DNA from: Octopus vulgaris
Lineage: Eukaryota
Direction of reading: 5' to 3'
Assembly (NCBI GenBank): GCA_951406725.2
Contig: OX597820.1
Coordinates: forward strand, 83,700,001-83,764,000
DNA: 64,000 bases
Each line of letters begins with the position of its first letter. The stretch's first letter is position 1. A program made the position numbers and the translations under genes. This document shows, piece after piece, positions 37,726-51,006 of the stretch. The notes under the pieces are model-generated. The model saw nothing but the letters and a program-made list of their open reading frames with translations. It did no database searches and was not told the origin of the DNA.

Positions 37726-37857
37726 GTGGTAAGTCTCTTGCTTCCAAACCACCTGGTTACGTGTTCAGTCCCACTGCGTGGAACCTTGTGCAAGTGTTTT
37801 CTATCATAGCTTCGAGCCGCCCAAAGCCTTGTGAGTGAATTTGGTAAACAGAAACTG
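37726..37857 (+). mobile_element. OK-type SINE 5' fragment
   Basis: gtggtaag...gttcagtcccactgcgtggaaccttgtgcaagtg...aaagccttgtgagtgaatttggta. Confidence 0.85.
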
Positions 37858-38309
37858 GCGTGCATGCGGGTGTCCTGAACACAAAACTAGATCTCAAGGA
37901 TTCTGGATGAGCCTAACTCATGATTGCAAAAACAGATGAGGGCAGTAGCATCATTGGCTTTCCTACATCATTATTTGAAATTTCTTCTGATATGTGGTAT
38001 CTGTTGAATGAAAGAGTTTGATTGATGATACTGCTCTCAATGGTGTTTCCTACCGTGAGGTAAGCTTAATCGGAACCCTTGATTGCAGGAGATCAGTTTG
38101 GTTTTGAAGACACCTACATACACACCATGCATTTTGGTAGGATAATGAAGAGCTGTTGGCCCTTGAAACGCAAGCTGTTACGGTATCTGGTCCTGTATCG
38201 TAACAGCGACGTTAGAATATTTGGCGCTATACTGCAGTATCATCAATCAAACTCTTTCATTCAACAGATACTCTTTCATTCAATAGATACTCATCTGCTG
38301 TTTGTGTAA

Positions 38310-39243
38310 CTTTCAATATCAAAGTTTGGTACAAATCCTTCCAGAATCTTCTATATTATCTTACTATATACCTTACCTGCCTTCGTTCTAGGAAGTAGAG
38401 TCTTAACGTTTTCAGTCTATCCCAGTAGCTGATACGTTATATTGCGACGGTTTTCTTTATTTAGCTGCGCTAGATTAATTCTTGTTCCGCAGTTGATTTA
38501 TACTGTGTGGTGACTATAATTAGGGGCAGTATTCTAAGCGGCTGAGGACATATGTCCTCCAAATGACCATCATGGTTTCCTGGTCCGTCGTTCAGAAAGT
38601 TCGGAAGATCCACCCAGCTAGACGTCTGTATTTTATTGCCACATAAGTAATATTTAGCTAGAGAGATACATACTGATCATGTCAATGTCCAAGTCTCGTA
38701 TTGGTTTTTATTCCGAGATTGCAATTCCTCCTGAGTCAGTGTATCCTGTATGGATTTCGTTCAGCACTGTGTGCTACTAGCGCAGAGCTTGGGACTTTCT
38801 AGCATTAAGCTAAGTGTCGTTGTCCTCAGCAAACCTGTATATTACGACCAACTCCCATTGCAGATTCCAAGGTTCTAAATCTTCTGAGAGACCGCTTTGT
38901 CAACTGCATAACTATCAACGGTGGCTCTATGAGCAGCTAAGAGCAAATGTGAGACGGCCACTATAAACAGCAGTGGACCTAAAACAGTGCCTTGTGGAAT
39001 ACCTCTTACTGGTTACGTTACGATTGAGGTGGCTCTATTGGCCATCATTGCCTGATTTCTATCTTTTAGAGTGTAGTGTTATCACTCTCCAATACTTCCA
39101 ACTATGCTAAGATCACGCAGTTTCTGACATATCATATTAGGGACGATTTATAAACCGATTTTGCATATTCACGATATATCACGTTTACATTTGAGTAGTC
39201 GAGCATCTGCATTAACACCCAGCCGTAGAGCTGCAAGAGCTGT
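38310..39243 (-). mobile_element. CR1-group LINE RT fragment
   Basis: Minus strand GIPQGTVLGPLLF at ~38965-39005 followed by a decayed YADD (SYAVD). Upstream remnants of 'V.VIY..FAK'. Confidence 0.8.
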
Positions 39244-39254
39244 ATTTATTTATA

Positions 39255-39440
39255 TGTGTGTGCGTTTGTGTCTGTGTTCGTCCAACCACTACTACCGTTT
39301 GACAACCGCTGGTTCGTCCCTGTAACTTAGCGATTATGCAAAAGAGACTGACAGAAAAACTACTGGGTTTATGAAAAGTTCTGGGGTTGATTTGTTCGAG
39401 TAAAATACTTCAAGGCGTTGCTCCAGCATGGCTGCATTCG
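39255..39440 (+). mobile_element. OK-type SINE 3' half
   Basis: ttgacaaccgctgg...gtaacttagcg...gcaaaagagac...ctggggttgatttgttcga...gctccagcatggctgca. Confidence 0.8.
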
Positions 39441-41288
39441 AATAAAATCTCATAGTTTCTAGATCAGGCACCCCGATCTCACTGCTACGCTCCCTTTCAA
39501 GTAACGTTTCACAAGTTATCTTTCGAAGAATCTTCCATTTCAACCAATTATATTCGCGATCGTACTCATTCGGTCATCGCCCAACATTCAAGACCATAAG
39601 GGAGGATATATATTTGCATATATATTTTGCGTGTATGTGTGTAAGTTTATGGATGTATGTATGTAGATTTAGCGGTTCCTTGACCTCTTTCTTTCCATAT
39701 ATATGCAGAAATATATTCAAATATGATCATTACTAATAAATATAGTTTATCAGTTAATCATGTCACATTGTTTAAATATGCAGTACGATTCCCTATTTTC
39801 TTCAGACTCTAGATAGATTCACACAAGACATCTAAATTAGAAATTAAATATTAGACACTGTTTTCATATCACCGTTAATATTTAATAACAACTGAGACAG
39901 AGAAAGTTTTAACAATGTATTTTCTTTTTATGAAATTATTCTACATTTCAGATTATCAATTGCAGTATGTTTGCAGCCTATATTATCAGTACACCGCAGC
40001 AGTATATTTTTTTTATCATTCTTTATTATTTGACTGCCACGATTTTGCTCTCTTTGAAACATTGTGAGATAAGAACTATTTTCATTCTGTGCTTTTTAAA
40101 TAAAGAAAAAGAAAATAATAGAATAATTTTCATGTGCAAAAGAACGTAGCAGATTGTTCAACACATGCATTCATTTCTATCAGGCAGTCAATATCTGCAT
40201 CAATTCATGATTATATCAAAAATAAAACACCATATGGATATGGATAAATATGTAATTGAGCATATCATTAAATGAAAAACATTTATTTATTTGCTTACAT
40301 ATTCACGTATTTATTATGCTTTCGCGTTTTATATTTATTTTTACCGTCAGCAAGATTACAATGCCGTTTAGATAACTAAGAAAAAATAACCAACAAATAT
40401 TGAAATATCAAACATTGTTGATATAATATACACTGGAAACATTCCATTGTAATTCTGTATCATATATCATTTTTAATAGGATTTATAACACGAATCGCTT
40501 GTGGATATTAAACGCTGCAGTTTAGTATGCAACATACATTCATGTTACATCAATGTTACGTTAATATGTTCTGTAAAATTTAATATTATATTTCGCATTC
40601 TCTTACTGTGTGTGAAAGTATAAAGAATAGAGTAATGTGTAATCTTCCGTTCTCTAATCACGTTTTGGTAAGGAGGGTTGCAATTGAAGTCTTAATGGTG
40701 CGTTGAGTTCAATAGGGAGAACAGCACAATTGTTTTTTTTGTTTTTTTTATTTGGAGGATCGCATGGAATAAGATGCTTACATCCCTTCCGCGTAGGGAT
40801 TAATGAAGCAATATATATGAAATGAAGGAACTTCTAAACATGACCATGTATTTTGCACTCAGTACTTGCGCACTGTTAACATTAGTTTATTTGTCCACAG
40901 AGATGACAGTCGAGTAGTAGAAAATGTACCCGAGGGGGAAAAAGAAACTCTGACATGAACGTGAAAGGACATTAAAAGTTTAATCAAGGAACTTTTAATA
41001 TAAAAAATACAGGTGTGAAGATTGGTTTGCTGCGATCATATCGCTTGGATTTCGGTGGCCATCTCTATTTCTCTCTATGTTACTACATCACCCTAACAAG
41101 TATTGAAAGTTGTTAACTACAATAGACATCATTGTATCTAGAAATGTGGAAGTTGGACAAAAACTAATGAAATACCATTTATCAATATTATTAGATATCT
41201 GCGAAGGACTTGTGTTTGATTTAACTGATATTGGATTATTTACCATCTATAAAGGTATCAATTTGATCATGCAGCATTGTAAAGAAAG

Positions 41289-41356
<68 letters not shown>

Positions 41357-41446
41357 CTATATAAAGGTAGCATTAATGTTAGACAATTGTCTTCTGTTTG
41401 TTAAGGTTAACTCTACACGTTTTTCTCCAGAAATTACATCTAACAT

Positions 41447-41683
41447 TGATTTGTTACGACGTTTCATATCCGACAATGATATCGAAGATAGAAAAGTAGG
41501 TAATGAGTGTACAACCATATTTCAGGAGTTTAAGCAAAGATTTCGCGCATGATAATTGGGCTGGTTATGGTACTGAAGAGCTAGAACTGAAATGTAAATA
41601 TACAAAATTACCTATTCTTTCATCTTCGATCGCATTGTTCTTTACATTAGATGTATTTGGATACGAAACCTTGTAACAAATCA
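41447..41683. repeat. Older imperfect inverted repeat carrying hammerhead 3' halves on both strands
   Basis: tgatttgttacgacgtttcatatcc...acaatgatatcgaagatagaaaagtaggtaat pairs with attacctattctttcatcttcgatcgcattgt...ggatacgaaaccttgtaacaaatca. Confidence 0.8.
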
Positions 41684-42049
41684 TTGCTGGCAACACGTTC
41701 AATAGAAAAATCTATAGCGATATCCTTAATATGTGATTTAATAGCACTGCTAACACAGTAGTACATAGTATTGACTTATAGAACGTTTAATATACTTATT
41801 TGAATGTTATGGTTGCATAACAAAATACGATGTCTGTACAACTAATTATTTGTCTTGTATTATTTTTCTTTACCTTTTTAACAATATGTTTCTTGGATAA
41901 TGTTGATATTCAGATGGTAAATAAGTGTTTATTTATTCTTCAATAAAGTATAAGTCCAAACTTGGCAATTTGCATAAAAAGAAACCATAATACAATATTC
42001 CATCCAAACATGAAACTATTTTTAAAAAATCAGGAAATATGAACTAGAC

Positions 42050-42807
42050 TATGTCAAGCAGATAACAGTTTACTCAAATAGCCGCCTCAAGTCTTCAAGA
42101 AACCACAGAACCTAGCACATGCGTTGGTCACTGCGTCTCTAGGAAGATCACCAAACACTTCTTCGATCTGGGCCACCATATAGGCCTTTATATTGCAGAC
42201 AAAGCGCTTGTAGTATTTCTCAACCACAACATACCTATGGTAATTCTTGGAAATACCATCGAAAAATCGGGCGGCCGGTGCTGGTGAACTCTCAGAAATT
42301 CTTCAAAAACAACCTTTAACTCATTACGTTGTGACAAAGTGCCGAGTCCTGCTGCCACTCGTAAGTACTTTCAGCAGACACTCTTCAGCCACGGATTGAA
42401 CACAGTATTCGCAGCTTTAAATAACCGTCTAAATCGAGCCAAAGTACCTCTTCGAATATATGGAAACGTATTCCAGTTGGGTACAGAGTCAGAACGTCTG
42501 CTATGTCCCTTTCTGCTGGTTGTGATATTGTAGTATAACTTGTAGCTGTCCATGTCACATCTTATAACATTTACAGTGTTCATAGTACTTCCAATCGTAG
42601 TCAAGACATCTGAATTATGATACGTGGTTCGAATTGTCATCACACCAGTAACTTTTTCCATTATTCACCTAGCTTCTAATCCGCTAATATTTTTGTAAAC
42701 AACTATTTCCATCCGCTGTCGACCGCTTATCAATGCATCAAGATGTTACTGATAACATGAGTCATAACACCATACATGAGACATGAAATTTAACCCGAAC
42801 TCCCTGT
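42050..42807 (-). mobile_element. Tc1/mariner (maT/DD37D-like) transposase relic
   Basis: Minus strand NTVFNPWLKSV, WQQDSALCH, IEEVFGDLPRDAVTNACARF. TIR-like cagggagttcggg at the right end. Confidence 0.8.
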
Positions 42808-45170
42808 CTTACGCTGTTCAAACATTTAAAGTTTGTCCTGTTTAAATATTAAGTAACATATTTCTTAACCCCATTAAAGTATCATTCAGTTTCTGTTCAA
42901 GCTTTTCATGTATTAAAAGTCTCACTGAAAGGTTTACCCCATTTGCTTTTTATCAGTAAGGCAAAATAATATTTTAGTAAAGATGTCACCGCAAGAGATC
43001 GACAAGCGAACATTCTAAACGTTCTGTGATAATGCTCCTACACACACGCGTGATTTTGTGTGTGTGTGTGTGTGTGTGTAAGTTTGGGACTTATATATAT
43101 ATTTTGCATGATTCCTAATATTATAATTACTTAAAACAATTGTACCTTGGAATAGCCATTTGAAAATAGAAATAGAAATATCAACCTTGATTGTATTTTC
43201 CATATTTGTATTTGTATCAATTACTTTAACTATTTCACAAATTTCTCAATCAATTTATTTTTCTCTCATAATCCTTTCCTCGCCTGACGCAACTCATGAA
43301 TGACTCGTTATTGCAATTTTGTAGGGATATGTCTCTTAGATTCTTCTTTACTTTATATATAAAATTGAGCCTCACTGTGATTTTGAGTCGAAGTGGCAGC
43401 GTGTATGGTTGTGTATGTTAGGTTCAATGGTGTTTAATTGCCTTTTTTCTTTCTCTGCTTCTTTTGGGTGTATGCAAGCTAACTAGTCTGTTTATGTGTT
43501 TTTGTATTCGTGCATGTATTCATGCGTATATGTGCAGCCGCAACCAAATATGCTTTTCGTTACCATTTGGCAAATAGTAGTTTATGAAAATCCTGTGTGT
43601 TGTGTGTAGAACTGTACAAATACGTATGGATAGTGACGTAGTTGAATGAGGAAGCAGAGTGTTGGTGCATGTGATGCATGTTGCTGTATGTGGTATGTGT
43701 GCGTATGCGTATCTGATCATTAAGTGCCTGGTGTGATGAGAGTGTGTGTGCGAATGTGAGGGAATATCCGGTGGGTAAATAAATATAATGTATAAAGTAA
43801 ATATGAGGATGGTAATGTCTAAAATATATTTATCTCTTATTTCTATTCGCATCTGACGTGCGGGGTGGTACAATAGCGAAATTTGCCACAATCATTATTA
43901 ACATTCTTATGGTTTGTTTTGGACGTACTTTGCTTCACCTAAAGATTTGAAAAATATGTTGAAATAACTTGTGTATTGTCAAATAATATTTTACTAAAAC
44001 TTTAAATAAAGGTGCTTAATTCACAGAATGAGGAGGGTGATTTCCGACTTCTGTAATAAATGGTAGGTGAAAAATCTTCACTCGTTATTAGGACCCTGCA
44101 CACAAAAAACCCCTCCACCGGCACAACCGCTATATCAAAGGTGTTTACAACAGAAATTTTAACAATAAGAACAGTGACAAGCAAAGCGATAAAATCAGCA
44201 ACAACAACATAAGCAGTGTGAGCAGAAACAAAGACAAAAATAACAAAAATACAAGCGACGGTAGAGACTCTATCGGCAAACAATTGTTCGATTAAATGGT
44301 GGCGAAATCAGCTAAGTACATTGCGCTCGTTCTAAACAAGTGGGTGACCCACCTGACAAAGGTGAAACAACCGGTGATGGTGAATGGGAATAATGCATAT
44401 GTTGCAATACCATGGCACAGGAAAAAAAACAGGTAATTCTAGCTATGTATCCACTAAAACTCAATGTCCAGCGAGACACTCCCACATGGTGACAATTGTG
44501 GAAGAAATATGTGCTACTGTAGATCATGTCTCTATAGCAAGACAGCTCAGGGATTGGAGGTTCTTTTCATAATCGGTGAAGTACATCATAGCTCCCATCA
44601 GTGAAGGGCAACTATCACTCAACGTGTTTGGGGATAAGTACACTAGAGTTTCATATGGGTTGTTCGTTTGTGGTGGCTAATGCGTGACCTTTGGAAAGAA
44701 GCGAGGTACCTCTCGATGGAGAGGGAGATTTGTGTAGGATTACGTCGGAGAATCATTTGCAGACAAAACATGAGAAAGGAAAAACATCTCAGAATTTATC
44801 TAGCCTCCCAGTAGAGTGGATCTGCGTGTTGCGGCCGAGTGTAGAAAGATAAGATGCAGCGTATATGGAAAACTGCTTCAGAAAGTGTACCCAATAACAT
44901 GAGGGAGAGAGGAGAGCCCACAGCAGACGACGCCTCAGGCCCAGTAGCAGGAACATTGTACAGCAGTAATATCGCCATCGTTTTCACTATCACCATCAGC
45001 AGCAACAGCAATAACCCACATTAACAGAACTAATATCTGCTAACCAGGAAGATATCTAAAATATTTCCCTTTTTCCCTCCCATTTCAAACATGCACATGG
45101 ATACAAGCGCATCCATTGAGAGTGCTGTCTTTCTGCAAAAAATTTGAAACCATCAGTGTTATTATTATAA

Positions 45171-45340
45171 AGTGAAGGGAGCAGTACATGCTATCAAAGT
45201 GACACTGGGGTACAGTTATGCGAAGCCTAATATGCATGTCATGACTACTCGTCTGATAAGGGTTTATGGGGGAAATTAATCACAACGATATGTACGTGAT
45301 ATTGTTATCTCATATCAAGATAAACAGCGTATAACCTTGG
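45171..45340 (-). repeat. Partial copy of the 58142-58716 repeat
   Basis: agcagtacatgctatcaaagtgacactgggg...gtctgataaggg...atctcatatcaagataaacagc is shared with 58150-58300. Confidence 0.85.
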
Positions 45341-45349
45341 TCAACTGTA

Positions 45350-45450
45350 TTCTTCTTCTTCTTCTTCTTCTTCTTCTAAATTCGTCTTCTTCTTCTTCTT
45401 CTTCTTCTTCTTCTTCTTCTTCTTCTTCTTCTTCTTCTTCTTCTTCTTCT
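45350..45450. repeat. (TTC)n microsatellite
   Basis: Direct observation. Confidence 0.95.
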
Positions 45451-45464
45451 CAATATTATTATTA

Positions 45465-45595
45465 TGCTTAACGGCATTTCGTCCATCTTCTAGTTCTTAG
45501 TTCAAATTCGGCATAGGTGGACTTTGGCATTCATCCTTTCGGGATCGATGAAATAAGTACTAGTGGGACTCTGGGATCAATATATTGGACTTACG
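45465..45595 (+). mobile_element. CORE-type SINE fragment
   Basis: atgcttaacggcatttcgtcc...agttcaaattcggc...ttcatcctttcgggatcgatgaaataagtac. Confidence 0.75.
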
Positions 45596-45632
45596 CTAAG
45601 TTAGTGGCCTTGAGCTAAAATTTAAAATCACA

Positions 45633-45642
45633 ACCACCACCG

Positions 45643-45696
<54 letters not shown>

Positions 45697-45757
45697 CCAT
45701 CAACATCATTATCATCACCATCATCATCATTATCATCACCATCACCATCATCATCAT
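45633..45757. repeat. (ACC)n/(ATC)n microsatellite
   Basis: Direct observation. Confidence 0.95.
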
Positions 45758-46619
45758 CTCTGAATAAGTGTCTCCAGAAGAAACGAACGACTGTGTGCGC
45801 GAGCAAACAGAAGTGAATATCATTAACAATATAGAAATACATTTTGCTCCGAGGAAGACAAATCTTACATTCCAGTGGTAGAGTTTCGACATTGAAAAAT
45901 GATATAATCAAATTTTCCATCATCAAACATACTATACCCGAAAAATTGGAATTTTGTTTTATTCATATATCAATTTTTTTTTCCTAATTCATACTATTTA
46001 TAATGTTTGTTTTTTATATAATTACGTGTTTCTTTTAAAGAATTCTTTTCTTGCCAAATATACTCAAGCTCCACGAATTCTTCCTCAAATTGCTTTCTAC
46101 TAATCTTGTTCAATATAAAGATGGCAGATATAATCTATATCCGATCAAATGTGGTTCTTACCAGCAATCATTTTACTATGGACACATTGTTAGAATCTGA
46201 CTCATAGTCCGGTTATCAATATTTTATATACAGATGAATCATCATGTGTTTCAACATTAATATTTCAAATATAGCAACCTACATTAATATTTAGATATAA
46301 GATTGTTTTCTACAATCTCGTGACCTCATCTATACTACAATTTTCTGCAGCCTCCCGTATCGTAGAAACACGTATTAAAACGTCAGCACCGAAAGATCAT
46401 GTTTTATCCTAGAATAAGCTAAGATTTATATGTATGTGCATGCATGGGTGTGTATCTTTGCGTGTCTCTCTCTACACACACACATTGCGTACACGCGCCC
46501 AAATATACATATCTGGACATAGGTGCGCGTGAGAGTGTGGTACAAATATTGTGTATATATATGTCCTGTTTAAAATATATAGGTACATACTATATTTAGG
46601 TAAGGCAAGATTGCTGTAT

Positions 46620-46689
<70 letters not shown>

Positions 46690-47834
46690 GTGTGTGTGTG
46701 TATGTGTGTGAGTGTATGTATGTATATATATAGATCAATACATGGATTTGATAAAGAACGAAAGAGAAGAAGAGGGAGACAGAAATTAGAACAAATCTTC
46801 CTGATCTAATCATTCTAAAAAATCTCATCCAGAAATGTACTCACACGGATACATACACAAACAAACATACTCACATATAAACACACACACACACACAGAT
46901 ACAAATATATATATATATATATATACATGTATGTGTATATGTGCGTGGCTATGTGCGCTCGTGCATCTATGTGCGCGCGCGCGTGTGTGTGTATTAGTAT
47001 GTTTACTTTGTGTACCGTAAGGTAGACATTCTATTCAGAAACACGTAAGAAATCCATTGGTATATAAATATAGTAAATAATATATTTACAACAAGTATCC
47101 CGAAAGACACGTGGAGCAACCACTGGGAGTATGGCTTCTTTAGATGCAGCTACCTTTCTGATAATCTTGGATGTTATGTACGCCAGTGGTTATTACTTAC
47201 ACCAACTCCGATAACAGTCTTTACTAAGTAAGTCATTTAATCGGTTTTTCTGTTGCTTGTGAATGGAAGCATCATGTATAATCTATTCCAGGATTCCCGA
47301 CAGCGTTTGTTTTTTAGATTTTTAAGCTGATGCCGTAATTTTTGTATATGCCCCCGAATGATTTTCCCCCATCAATGTATGGTGATTTTGCTCAAAAAAC
47401 TTGGAGGGGGGGGGGCTAAAAACCTTGTAGGTAGGGTAAAAACCTTTCTGGCGGGCTCGTTGGTCTAAATTATTGGTCTAAATTAGGTTCGTCTAAATTA
47501 TAGGTTGGTCTAAATTATTTGTATAATTTTTTTTAGCATTCATCAAAGGAAACAACATTACAAAAGCATTGACACGATTTTGCACTTGTTGCTTCATACA
47601 CGAGTTCACACAGCTGTATTTACATACGGTTTCTGTATATGCCAAAAAGTGCGTACACCTTAAGTTTGTTGACATCGATTAAGAGAGAGAAGCAGACAGA
47701 AAGAGACAGAAAGAGGGAGAGAGAAATGTAAGTTATGAATAGAAAATAGCGTTTTGAGGTGTCTGGTGTACTAAAATACTTGCAAATTAACAAAATAATA
47801 TTCCGCCTGTATAACATCTATAAAACAGAAAAAT

Positions 47835-48860
47835 CTAGTACCCGGATCCATACATGCTGCACTCTGACCATGAACTGAGCGGCCAAATAATTTTTTTGGA
47901 GGTCATGAATGAAGCTGTTGGCCTTGGGACCATCTGGTTCACTCGTCTCTGAATTTCATCCCACAGGTGTTCAAACCATGATGATGTGGCCACCACAACA
48001 CACATCTCTCTCCACGACACATGCGCCACTATAGTGTTCCCCCTCCTACGCCACACGCTCACTCTGCCATCCGAGCTGGAAACGCAATACCGGCTCTTGT
48101 CAGAGAAGACTATCGACCTCCATTGTTGATGTCGCCAATTTAGGTGCTGTGTAGTCCACTGTAGTTGTGCCTGACGGTGGCGGGTGGTGACGACAGACCC
48201 TCGAGAAGGATGACGGCAACGCAGGTTGTTGGCGGCCGGTCAACGTCCTTCAGTGTTCCACGCTGGTGGGTCGCTGTCCAGTGCCAATGGTGTTGTGAAG
48301 TTTCATGCTGGCCAGACTGAGGCGATTAAGGATGTGTTGCAGGTGGATGAAGCGGTCCTGCCTGGGTGTGGTCTCCTCAGAGCTCTCTCTGCGGCACATT
48401 CAGCAGTACTGGCGGTGATGTATCGCTGTTGCAGGTGATAGATGATCCTAACATGAACATTGTAAGCTTTCGCAACAACCGGGTCACACTGTCCTGCTTG
48501 GAATCGGCCGATAGCTTCTTCTCTCTGCGCTGTTGACAATCGGGTCATACCTGATGCGTCCAAATTAATAATGCCTGGAACGCGGTTGAAGTTGGTTGTC
48601 ATACCAATAACCTCCACGTGATGCACGTGCATTTCAGTTTTCATTACAGTTGTTTGCGACTGCCATCCACGGCATTTAACGCGAGTGCGATTTAGCGTCT
48701 GATGTCAGAGAAAGATAAAAGGTTACCTGTAATTTGCGTCGTAGTCATAAATCAGCATGTCTTCGAATTTACCCCTACATCACCGAAATCAATTTTCAGA
48801 ATTCACCATATATAAACGAAATTTGAAAAAATCGCGTTTATTTTGCAGTACATTGCGTAT
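47835..48860 (-). mobile_element. Tc1-family element, internally deleted
   Basis: MTRLSTAQREEAIGRFQAG...VAKAYNVHV (paired-like HTH), WRSIVFSDKSRY, VWRRRG, EHLWDEIQRRV. TIR-like caatgtactgcaaaataaacgcg at the right end. Confidence 0.9.
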
Positions 48861-49129
48861 GTGTTTGTGCGTATGTGTGCGTGTGTATATATATATATAT
48901 GTATGTATGTGTGCGTATATATATATATATATATATATATCATTATCCTTTTCCAGGTATTTGATCTTTCAGATGTTCTCCCTGGAGGTAAGATAATTTT
49001 TTTCTAGTTTGTTGCACAAACGCATTTTTGCTAGTACATACGCGGTGAAGCTATACATTAGCGTCGTATTATTACGTTCGCTATTTCCAGTAAATATCGG
49101 TACTTCGTTGTGCCAAATATTTACTTCTT

Positions 49130-49172
<43 letters not shown>

Positions 49173-49186
49173 GTATGTATGTATGC

Positions 49187-49218
<32 letters not shown>

Positions 49219-49939
49219 GCATGTATGTATGTACATGTACGTGTATTTACACATATAAATTTATGTAAATTTTTGTCAATAAAAAGACGTTGCATTCATT
49301 CGTGTGCGGGTACATACATATTCATAGCTAGTAGAGATGCTAAATTTTCGAACTTTTCTCATGGTTTAACTCAAGGTTCAGTTCCTCAGACTTAACTTTG
49401 AGTTTATATTAATTCCACCCTGGAAAACATTTTCAATAATCCGAGAATTTTTCTTTCAATGTTAAATGCTTACAGCCAAACTATATGTTTTTTCTTTCCA
49501 TCTTTGTTTTCGGGTAAGAGTCATCTGTCTGTATATTTCAGTCAGCGTGACATATAGTTATACACTCCTGCGACATCAGTTAACAATATCGTGTGAGAAT
49601 TGCATAACAATAACGTTTTCTTCAAACATGATTAAAATGTTACGCCCATAACCTTTTAAGATTATTCAGAAAATTTACTAACATTTCGACGGCACTTTTA
49701 TTTCGCAAACAAGCATATTTCTCGGGTTAACGAAACGAAGTGCTAATTCCCATGCTCATCATATTACATTAACATTCGGCAGCAAGCAGCATGCGCTCCG
49801 GAACTTATTGCACATGGTAATTTGAACTGGTTCATGGATATGTCCTACATGCAATACACAATGATGAAATGAAATTCGAAAGTAATACTACTACAGAGTT
49901 GCAGAAGCGACCTTCACTTAAGTCTAAACAGCCAATGGA

Positions 49940-50500
49940 TGTCAAAATCTATCACTCAGACAACATCTGCTGAACAAAGTAAAAGAAGTGAGTTCTTTGC
50001 ATGCAAACTCAAAATGGAAAGTAATAACATCATAAGTTAGAGCGTAACAACATTGACAGAAAAAATAGCCTTCGAAGCGTATGTGATATTGGATCCCATC
50101 TAAAAGGTTATACTTTCCATTGCAGGGACAGGAAATGCCTACTAAATACTGCCTACTGATAAGCAAAATGTACAGAGATATCGTCTAACCTTCATGTTGT
50201 TGAAGAAACTGTTGGCTCAAACATACCAGAGTAGAATATATAACCAATATCATAATCAGTTGTCACAAAATGTGTACGAGATAGTATCTGCCCCCTGAGA
50301 CATGCTGTAGTTGCAAAATCAATTTACAACACTATCCGCAAGAAGGATTGCTCAGCAATATGCATCAAAGATATGACAGAACCAGCATATATTTAAAAGT
50401 GATTTAAAAGCGAAGAATACAGTTCAAACATTCCAATGAAAACACCAATTCGGTGCAAGTATATCAGACTTAATGTATTTCTGTAGAACAGGGAACAAAA
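49940..50500 (+). mobile_element. Heavily decayed Penelope-like thumb/GIY-YIG fragment
   Basis: Frameshifted remnants HLLNKV, CMQ, VITS, CRDRKCLLN, CLLISKMY parallel the layout seen at 2000-2700. Confidence 0.45.
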
Positions 50501-50718
50501 GTTACGCGCTGTTGTAGAGGTCATACTTCAAAAATTATATTCCACACCACTCCCAATTTTCTATATCAGGTTAGGGCCTGGAGTCTTCAAAACGGATGTA
50601 TTACATGTCGCTTACTCGAATCCGACCAACATTTATTCCACAAATACATTGTCATCAATGGTGCACTTTTCCGTATCAACGGTTTCGACGTAACTGTAAT
50701 TATAAATATACATATACC

Positions 50719-50773
<55 letters not shown>

Positions 50774-50809
50774 CCTGAGATATGATGTAGTTGCAAAATC
50801 TCTCTCTCT

Positions 50810-50850
<41 letters not shown>

Positions 50851-50945
50851 AACAAAGCAACGCCGAGTATCTTTGGTAGAGATCAGTTGCCTCAAAATGT
50901 ATACGAGATAATATCTGCTCCCTGGGATATGATGTAGTTGCAAAA

Positions 50946-51006
<61 letters not shown>

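Noticed and set aside
47460-47520. Short repeated unit ggtctaaatta resembling a repeat-spacer array
   Set aside because: Only four ~11-bp units with 2-6 nt spacers in eukaryotic DNA. A simple minisatellite, not CRISPR.
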